Shown: in pieces, positions 54,340 to 64,000 of the stretch
Layout: the number at the start of each line of letters is the position of its first letter
Position numbering within the stretch: position 1 is the stretch's first letter
Origin: the human T2T-CHM13v2.0 reference genome, Homo sapiens
Reading direction: 5' to 3' (one strand)
Assembly (NCBI RefSeq): GCF_009914755.1
Contig: NC_060934.1
DNA: 64,000 bases
Notes under the pieces: model-generated
Database searches by the model: none
Told to the model about the DNA's origin: nothing
What the model saw: only the letters and a program-made list of their open reading frames with translations
Made by a program: the position numbers and the translations under genes

Positions 54340-54720
54340 ATCTTATTTAATGGGAATGAAGACCCAAGGCTCAAGGGAAAACGATTTTTATGCTTAGATT
54401 CAATGAAGAGTGAACAGTTATCTAAAAATGAAACTGGTAAAAGACCGAAGGGAAACTCAGCAAGGCCAATCTGTTTAGATTTTTCTTGGCCTCTCTCTGT
54501 ACAGCATTTTCTCCTTCTGGGTGTGATGCAGGACCCTTTCCAGGATGGGAGTCTTATGACCTACCATCGAGCAAGATAGGCAGAGGCTTTCTGTAAGGCC
54601 AACTCTTACATAGAAAGTCAGGGAAAGTTTCAATAATATTTTCATGTCTTATGGCTGATTTTGGAGGGAAATTGGTTCTAATTTCTATGATCCACCTTGG
54701 GGAAGAAGAATTCTCATTTC
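54340..54720 (-). mobile_element. MER4-group LTR fragment
   Basis: Shares motifs with the 46-kb LTR (ATGAAGACCCA, TTTTTATG, CAGCAAG..TGTTTAGATT). Confidence 0.5.
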
Positions 54721-55066
54721 AAAAACAGCAAGGATTGAAAGAGACATGAAAATGTTAATAACTTTAGAAATATTAATTTTGCTCCTTGTAATTTTCTCTA
54801 GTACAATAGCACAATAGACAAAAGAAAAATAACACATGGAGATAGCTACCACATAATTGTGTAAAACAAAAAATAATTATATTTAGAGACAGATAGATAT
54901 AATTAGTTTTTGTTTAGATATAATAAATATAATTATTTTTTGTTTTTTGTTTGTGTGTACACACACACACACACACACACACATATATGTATTTTCCAAG
55001 AATAATTTGGTAAATAATGACTCATACATGTTATAGAATATTATGTCATCAAGAAATTTTTATACT

Positions 55067-55997
55067 TGTAAACCAAAAATAAAATCTTAAGCCCCTCTAA
55101 CAGACTGAAGGGACACCTTCTGGGTCCAAGGAGACCTCAGAGAAACCAGAAAAACTGAATTCCCAGCCACAGTGGGAGGGAGGCTAGATATACCTTATTA
55201 TACCTGCTCCCTTTTGGAGTTTAGGCACAACTGACCAAAGTTAACATTAAAATAAGGATCATAAGACTGACAAAACAGACTCTGTGGCAAGAAGATACAA
55301 AATTCCAACCTGATTCTGATATAGCATCACATGACAGATAGCATGCCCTCAAGGAAATCAAAATATTTTACCCCAAAATATACTTCTTTGACACATTTTT
55401 AAATGGTCCTGCAAAGCCATCTTTTATGGGGGAAATTTGTATCTGTAAAGAATCTCCATTAATGCATGCAGTCAGGACTTTCCTGGGTCTAGGCTAGATT
55501 AACTGAGTTTGATGTTTTTTAAGGTCCCAAAAAAGACATATGAGACTTTAAATGTCTATTCTCTCTGAAAGCTGTTACCTGGAGGCTTCATCCAAAATAA
55601 CAAGAACCTTGGTCTCTCAACCCCCACTTAATGCTTAACTCAAGCATTTTTTTTCTACTGAATTCAAGTCTTTCAGCAAAGCTTAATTCTTTCAACCAAT
55701 TGCCAAAAAGAAATTCTTTGAATCCTCCTGTAACCTGTAAGCCAGCCACTGCCCCGGCAACCACCACTTCAAGGCATCCCACCTCTTTAGGCTGAGCCAA
55801 AGTATACCTTTCATGTATTGATTTATGATTTTTAACTACAGTTCTTATCTCCCTAAAATGTATAAAACCAGCTTGTAACCTGACCGCCTCTGACACTCCT
55901 TCTCAGGATTTTTTGAGACTGTTTTCTGGACCATGGTCACTCATACTGGCTCAGAATAAACCTCTTTAAATATTTTATATAATTTGTTTTTTCAACA
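55067..55997 (+). mobile_element. MER4 solo LTR (ERV1)
   Basis: TGTAAACCAAAAATAAAAT start, TAAAATGTATAAAACC, GGCTCAGAATAAACCTCTT, ends TCAACA; flanks TACT/TAAT. Confidence 0.88.
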
Positions 55998-56799
55998 TAA
56001 TATTATATATTATTTATTCTTCCCACAAAAAATCAAAAGGTGAGTCACTGGATTAATAGAAAAACTTAGAATAAATGCAGCAAGCAAGAGGTAGGTATTC
56101 AGAATGTACGAAAATTTTTTTTAAAAAATTTTAAGAAGACAAATCCAAGAGAAAATGAGTAGATAAAATTATAGGCAAATTACATACACACACAGAAACA
56201 CATACAAAGAAACTTTATTGGCAAATCAAACAAACAAAAAACCTCAATCTCCTTAGTAGCAAATGAAATAGAAAAACAAAGTTTTACCAAAGATATGGAA
56301 GTATCAAATTTTGGTGAAAATGTCAGAAATTAAAATGGTCTTAGTGGGAATAAATAAAATTAAATCATTTGGAAAGTTATCTGTATATTCTGTAAGAAAC
56401 GTCAGTTCCAATAGTATTTTATCTGCTGTAATAACAATGGCAACCAACTCTCAGTGGCCTGAAATAATAATGTATGTTGTATTCATTTCGCAGTGCCATG
56501 AGAAGTAGAGGGGAGTTGGGAGCTTTGCTCCATGTGTCATTCATAGGGACAAGGATCCTTTCATCCAGTAGTCCTACCATCCCTGAGTCATCCATGTAAC
56601 CAGCTACATTTGGCTAGTAGATGAGAAATGAAAACGAGAACATCAATGATTTCTTTAGATGTTTTAGGGTCCTGCTAGGAAGAGAATCTATCACTTCCAT
56701 GGAGATGCTATTGGTCACAAGTAAATGACCTGATTCCACATAAGGGAAGACTATATAATGTGGCCTAGTTTTACACTGAGGAGAAAAACAAAATGAGTT

Positions 56800-57230
56800 A
56801 CTGTGTACTTCTAGAGAAAATCACATGCATGTAGCAAAGACATATAAGAACTCTATTACATCATTGTTTATAATTTAAAAGAAAAAGGAAAAAGGAAAAA
56901 GAACTATGTCCATGAACAGAAGGAATGAAAAATTTGTGATTTAGTCACTAATGGAATATTGTATACATTTTCAAATAAACTAAAAATGTATAAACCAATT
57001 TGTCTTTCAAAAACATAAGGCATGTAAGAAAATAATATTACAAAAGCATAAGTAGAGCCTTATAACATTTGTGTAAATCAAAAAAGCACAATTAAACTCT
57101 ATGTGTATGTCCTAAATGGATGTTCACAAAGTATAAAAGTATGGATGGGAAAAATACACACAGAAATTGTGAGATGGGAAGAGAATGATTCGGAAAGTTT
57201 AAAAAGAACATTTGTACTGATATTTTACAA
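56800..57230 (+). mobile_element. L1ME 3' fragment
   Basis: CATTGTTTATAAT..ATGTCCAT..AATGGAATATT motifs. Confidence 0.5.
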
Positions 57231-57298
57231 TTGATAATGGGAAATTCTATTAATTCTGACCAAACATGAGTCTAAAGATGATCATCAAAAAAACTCAG

Positions 57299-57727
<429 letters not shown>

Positions 57728-58384
57728 CTACTCAGAGCCACTTTTGCTTCTAAAGCTGAGCTGCACTTCTGGCAACATGGGAGGTCAAAGACACAAAAGT
57801 CAGAACCCAGAGCCTGCCAAGCGAGGAACCCTGGTGAACACCTACTGCAATGAGCTGCACACTAGCAGCGACGATGAACTAGATGAACTCCTCGTGAAAT
57901 ACAGTTGCACATTAGGTTATCTATATCATATCAACTATAAATTCCTACAATTCGGCAGTCTCATTGCTAGCATACCTGGACACCTGGAAGAAATAAATAC
58001 CTTCACTGGAGGAAGATGTAATTATCAGAGAGCTCAAATTACTTCTGCAAATAAATATTTCATAGTAACGTTCACTAAAAATTAAAGTTTCTCTGGGCAC
58101 ATATGGAGACAAGCCATTATGAGCAAGAAAAAGATCGAAACAACAGACAATTCATACTGAGTCAATTTATCAAAATTATGAGACAGACTTTAACAATACT
58201 AGGTTTATCTTCTTCAAGGAAATTAGAGCCAACCCTGAAAATTTTAGGAGAGAAAAGGAGACAGAAATATGTCTTTGAAAAAGAACTAAATATAACTTTT
58301 AGAACTAAACAGTGCACAGTACAATTAAGAGCTCAAGAGATGGGTGGGTTAAATCAGAAGTTAAAAAACGATGATTTCTGAGCT

Positions 58385-58570
58385 AAATGAAGCCAAATAC
58401 CTGTTTTTTTGTATGGCATGTGAGCTAAGAATGGTTTTTACATTTTAAAATGTTTACATCTTAAATGGTTATATGAGTATCTAAACGGTATCTTTTATTT
58501 TACCCCTTGGCTTGCAAAATCTAAAATAAATACTACCTGGACCCTTAAGACAAAGTTTGTCAGTTCCAGG
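58385..58570 (-). mobile_element. MER58-like hAT-Charlie MITE
   Basis: GAGCTAAGAATGGTTTTTACATTTT...CTAAAATA..TACTACCTGG..AAAGTTTG. Confidence 0.7.
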
Positions 58571-59067
58571 GTTAAACAATGAATTATCTCCAGGTTCATC
58601 TAATTAAGGCTTAGAATTTTAAAAGATATTTTATAGGCCTAAAGTTCAAAAGTAACTCTCTGAAATTAATATAGGAGGAATGAAAAAATAGAGTATGAAG
58701 AATAAAGGTCAGAAATACAAGCGACACTCGAGGCAGGTGGCGGGGACTGTAAATGACTGGTAAATATTTCACTGAAGTTCCAGAAGAATAGGAGAGAATA
58801 GATATTGAAAATAATTACAGCTGAAAACTTAACACAGCTCACAAATGACAGCAATCCCCAAATCAAACAAAAGTCCAACAAATTCAAATTCAGCGAAATA
58901 AGAAGAAATCCACACCTAGACACGATGTAGTAGAACTTCATTAAAAACTCCATAAAACCAAAGAGAAAAGAGAAAATTTGCAATGTTGGAAGAGGGAAAA
59001 ATTAATAATTTTCCCTTCAATATATGTGTAAAAAGTGGCAATTGACTCTGAAATGCAAAAAAGGTAA

Positions 59068-59482
59068 TGTTATGGACTGAATTGTGTTCACTGCCCCCAA
59101 ATTTATATGTTGAAATCTTGACCTCCAATATCACTATATTTTGAAACAGATCCTTTAAAAAGACAATTAAGGTTAAATGATGTTATAAAAATGAGGCCCT
59201 AATGCAATAGGACTGGTGTTCTTATAGGAAGAGAAAGTGACACCAGAGATTCACTCCACCCTGGTGGTACCATGTCCACACAGAAGAAAGACAATAAAAG
59301 GAAACAGCAAAAAGGTGGCCATTGAGAAGCCAGGAAGAAAGGCTTTACTAGAAACCAGCCCTGATGGGTTGGACAACCTTTATCTTGTATATCTATCATC
59401 CAGAACTGTGAGAAAATTAATTCTGTTGTTCAAGCTACCCAGTCTATGACATTTTGTAATGGCAATCCTAGGAGACTAATAT
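59068..59482 (+). mobile_element. MLT1A/B-type MaLR LTR
   Basis: TGTTATGGACTGAATTGTGT..CCCCCAAATTTATATGTTGAA; CCAGAACTGTGAGAAAAT; ends GACTAATA. Confidence 0.85.
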
Positions 59483-60332
59483 AGTGACCAAAAAAGTAGA
59501 AAAATTAGTTAATAAATTGAGAAAAAAAATTCCAGGCCATACATCTATCAACAGAAAAACTATCCATCAAAGGTAAAGACAGAAATATAGATTTATTTTT
59601 CACTAGGAGATCTATACTAAAGGGGATTTTAAATGATAATACAGCAGAGAAGGTAAGCCAACCAACAACAACAAAAAATGCTCCCCTCTATAGAAAGAGC
59701 TGTGGCCAGGATGCACTCTACAAATCAGAGGCTGTATTCCCCAGCCCTCCTCCGTTTAGACAGGATGAAATGACAAAACATAAACAATATGAAATGTGGA
59801 CAGAAATTATGCATATCAAGATTGCTAAGTATATGAATGATTTCTGAAATCTCTATGTCTCTTTTTTGGTGACTTTTAGGCTATATTTTGAAGATGCAAT
59901 TCTGACAATTTGAAAGGAGTCTGGATCCCTGAGTCAACTGTAGGAGTCTTGATTTATATATCCTGATGTTTGGAGTCTCCCAGGATAGTCATGAAATCAG
60001 GAGGCTGTTCATATTTACATAAACAAAAAATAAAATTACGTTCTGTCGAGAACAGAATTTGGGATTATTTGCCACATCATTAAACCTATGCTGCCTAATT
60101 AAGTTTTTGATTGAGCAAAAAAATAATAATTTTTAATGGAAGATAAAAAATAGAGGAAGAAAGGTTAACAATGGAAGTAATAAGAATAAAAAAGCAGAAT
60201 CCAATAGAAATAAAGAAAAGAAACAATAAGGACTTTTTTTTTCAAGATATTTTTAAAATTGAAAAACTCTGAAAAAGATAATCAAGAAAAAAAGAGAGAA
60301 AACACCAATTATAAATGCGAAGAAGGAAAATG

Positions 60333-60756
60333 TGACTATCTCTTTTGGATATTTGACCCTGCAAACCTCATGTTGAAATGTGATTTCCTATGTAGGAGGT
60401 GGCACCTAATGGGAAGTGTTTGGGTCATGGGGGTGGTTCCTTCATGAATGGCTTGGTAACCTCCTTACAGTAATGGATGAGTTCTTGTTCTTTTAATTCC
60501 TGACAGAACTGGTTGTTGAACAGATGCTGCCACCTCCCCACAACCTTGCTTCCACTCTCACTATGTGATCTCTGCACACCAGCTCCCCTTCTCCTTTTAC
60601 CATGAATGGAAGCAGTGGGAAGCCCTTACCAGAAGCTGAGCAGATACTGGTGCCATGTTTCTTGTACAGCCTGCAGAACTATAAGCCAAATAAACTGTAT
60701 TCAAAAAAATAAATTACTCAATCTCAGTTATTTCTTTATAGCAACAGACTAAGACA
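60333..60756 (+). mobile_element. MSTB-like MaLR LTR
   Basis: TTTGGATATTTG..CTCATGTTGAAATGTG; GTACAGCCTGCAGAACT; ends GACTAAGACA. Confidence 0.85.
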
Positions 60757-63700
60757 ATCACTATAGATCTACAGATGTAATAAGAGAATTGGGTTGTGAA
60801 TTTACAAGTTTCAAAGAATACACAAAAAATTACTGGGACTAATATTAATAAGAATTTGGCAAGATGGCAAGATACAATGTCAATATAAAAAATAAATTTT
60901 ATACCGATGTATAGCAATAAATAATCACAAAATAAAGTTTAAAAGTACTACATACAACAGCCTAAAATACATCAGATACCCAGAAATAAATTTAGCAAAA
61001 AACTGTGCAAATTATCTATACTAAAAACTATGTAAAGGAGCTTTGAGAAATTAAGGAAGACCTAACCAATATTGCTGAACAAGTTTTTAAAACACCTTAA
61101 AAAATCAAGGTTTTATAGATTAGAAGACTCAAAAATGTTTAAATGTCTATATTTCTCTATTTCATCTAAAGAATCAATGCAATGTGAACAAGAACTCAAT
61201 TGGGATATGTTGTAGAAATTGAAAAGCTCAGTCTAAAATTTGTTTAGAAGTACAAAGGACCTATAAGAGCCAATAAAATCTTTAACTAAAGAACAAGAAG
61301 AAGGTTTATTACTGCTCAATTTCAAAAATTACTATAAAGCTATAATAACTAACAGTATATGATATTGATAAAGATCAACAAGTATATCAATCAGAAAAGA
61401 GAGTGCAGAAATAGACCCAAACATACATGTTCACTTGATTTTTGACCAATGTGTTCTCTTTTAATTTAAAAGAGAATGTTGTTAGAGCAGCTGATATCTA
61501 TATGTAAGAGTATGAACTTTAAACTCTAACTCACCAAAAGTAATTCACGTTATACATAAAATTAATATGATATTATCCAGAATCCTAAATGTGAAAGCTA
61601 AATTTTAAGCATCTTGAAGAAAAAACATACTGCAATATCTATGACTTTTGTCCAAAATTTCTTAAAACCAAGAAGACACTCTATTTTTTAAACAAAGATA
61701 AATTAGATTTTATCAAAATTAAAATTTTCTTCTGACCAAAACAGTTTTAAGAAAGTAAAGAGTCATGTCACACACATGGAGAAAATAGTAGCAATACATA
61801 ATCCTACATGGGGTTTATTTTCATAATATATGAAGAAACAATTTCAATTTAATGTTAAAAAGAACATCAACCCAATAAATCAAATACTTTACAAACAAAC
61901 ATAGGAATGACTCTTCATAATATGAAAGTTATTAGCTTTTAGGGTAACACAAATTAGAAGCACAGTAGAATAGTACTATATTCACCAGAAAAGCTATAAT
62001 AAGCAGACTGACAGTATCAGATATTGGCAAGAATACAGAGCCTAGGGCACTTTTGTACATGGCTAGTGGGAGCACAAAATGCACAATCAATTTAGAAAAC
62101 TATTTGGCAGTTTCAAAGAAAGTTAAATACTCATTACCCTGTGATCCAAAAATTCCACTTCTATATAATCAATAAAAACCCTAGGAGATAGGTCTTAACA
62201 CTATAGTATAGAGTAAAATCAATGGGGGAAAACCTCTGAGATTTATATGATATAATAAAAAAGGAAAATAACATATGAATTGGAGTCACAAAGGAGAGTA
62301 GAAAAAGAATGGAAAAGAAGCAATATTGGCAGAGATAATGAAAGATAATTTTCCAAGTCTGATAAAAGTTATTCAAACACAAATTCAGTAAGTACTCTTA
62401 ACCTATAATAGAATACATTGAAACATTTACCCCATGCACATCATTGTAAAATTGTTTCAAACAATCCAGTGAGAATAGTCTTACTTTTAAACAAACCAAA
62501 ATGAAATAGACCGTTGACTTCTCAACAGGAGACAAATAGATGACATCCTCAGATTTCCAAAATAAAATAATTTCAACCTAGATCCTGTACCTAACCAAAT
62601 ATCTCTCCTAAAAAATGGCTTTTGAACAAATCTCAAGGGGATCGAATAGGTTTGCAAATAACTACATGGTCTTCTAGAACAATGTTTAACATTCTTTAAA
62701 GAAATGCCAAAAAGCAAAGCACTAGTCAATGTAAAATTTACAATGTTTGGTATCTAATCAAACATTACTAATTATACAAGAAGCAATAAATTTTGGCTTA
62801 CAATGTGGAAAATAATAGAAATAGGATCCAGAAATAAAAGAGAGAAAATAAAATTTGCAGACAATAACATTAAACATGTTTTCACAAATATGTGCAATAT
62901 GCACAAAGATTAAAAGAAAAACATGAATATAATTAAAAATGGAAGATATAAAAAAACAGAATTTCTAGATATTAAAAAGTCCAATTATTCTCATCAATAA
63001 CATTTTTAATGGATGAAAATAAAGCAGATTATAGACCCCAGATGAAAATAAAAGTGTACTTAAAAACATAGGAAAGTAAATTTTTCAAAATGAAGACACG
63101 ACAAAGAGGACTGCAAAATAATTAAGTAGGGCCTTGGGAATCTATAGGAGCATAACAGGCAGTCTTATGTTTGTGACTGGAATCCCAGTACAAGAGGGAT
63201 AGGAATACAGAAAAGCTACACATACAATGTAAAACGTTACAACAATATATTTCCTTTTGAAAAAAATGGCAAAAAAACTTTCCAAATTTGATAGAAACTG
63301 TAATGTAACAGATCTCAGAAGCTCAACAAACTCCAATCCAACTAGCTACAAGCACACATACACTCAGAGCCCACTTCATAACACTGCATACACAAGTGGC
63401 TGAACACTAACTACAGAGAGAAAATCTCAAAAGAAAAAAAAGACATAATATGTACAGACAAATTAAAAAAAACTTGAACAGATTTTTGCATCACAAAAAA
63501 GTCACTGTTTAACGGAATGCCATGTTTAAAGTGCTGAAAAGTCAAAAATATATACAAACCTTATGAAAATGTCCTTCGAGAAAGGTAAAGCAAAGACCTT
63601 TTTGGACAACAAAAAGCTGAAAGAATTCATCACAAGCATGTCTGTATTACAAGAAATGTTAAAGGGCATTCATGAGGAAAAAGAGAAATAATTCCAGTCA

Positions 63701-64000
63701 GAAACTTGGATATAACCCCAAAAAAGAAAAAGACCCAGAAACGGTAAATAAATGAGTAAATACATCAGCTATGTTAAAATTCCTTTAAAAAGTAACTTAT
63801 AATGTAAAGCAAAAATCATTATAATGTGTTAGATGAATTAAAACATGAAAGAAAAATAAATGATAACAGTAGCACAAAGAATATCAGGGTAGCAAAATGA
63901 ATATGGTATTGTAAGGTTCTTACATTGTAGTTTTAGAAGGTTATTTGAAGATAAACTGTGCTAAGTGCACATACATATTTTAAACACTACGCATATATTG

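Larger units (their letters stand above)
58000..64000 (+). mobile_element. Patchwork of ancient L1M/L1ME fragments (ORF1 pieces at ~58.6-59, 62.2-62.7 and 62.7-64 kb; ORF2 3' part at 60.8-62.16 kb)
   Basis: AAATCCACACCTAGACAC, GTAGAAATTGA..CTAAAATT, TTTGGCAGTTTC, CAGATCTCAGAAGCTCAACAAACTCCAA, TACAAGAAATGTTAAAGG. Confidence 0.7.

Noticed and set aside
57744-58381. ORFs of 113 and 92 aa
   Set aside because: No recognisable protein; they lie at the 5' side of degraded L1M sequence

Overview
AT-rich, repeat-dominated primate (human-like) genomic DNA, either intergenic or deep intronic. No protein-coding gene is supported: the ORF track is explained by Alu, L1, Tigger1, ERV and microsatellite sequence, or by short chance ORFs. 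The window holds about 19 Alu-type SINEs, several generations of nested L1, about 14 ERV1/MaLR LTRs, a near full-length Tigger1 and a deleted ERV9/LTR12 provirus that keeps an open env TM ectodomain. The most unusual observations are (i) three independent short insertions apparently copied from nearby DNA (31.8, 38.9 and 51.5 kb), (ii) the ERV9 remnant, (iii) a candidate 36-nt in-frame microexon in a repeat-free island at 34.5 kb, (iv) a young/old L1 chimera joined near homologous positions, and (v) an Alu trimer inside a single TSD. I found no evidence for a new multi-gene biological system. Subfamily names come from my recall of consensus sequences and need RepeatMasker/Dfam confirmation. 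Boundaries of old elements are approximate.
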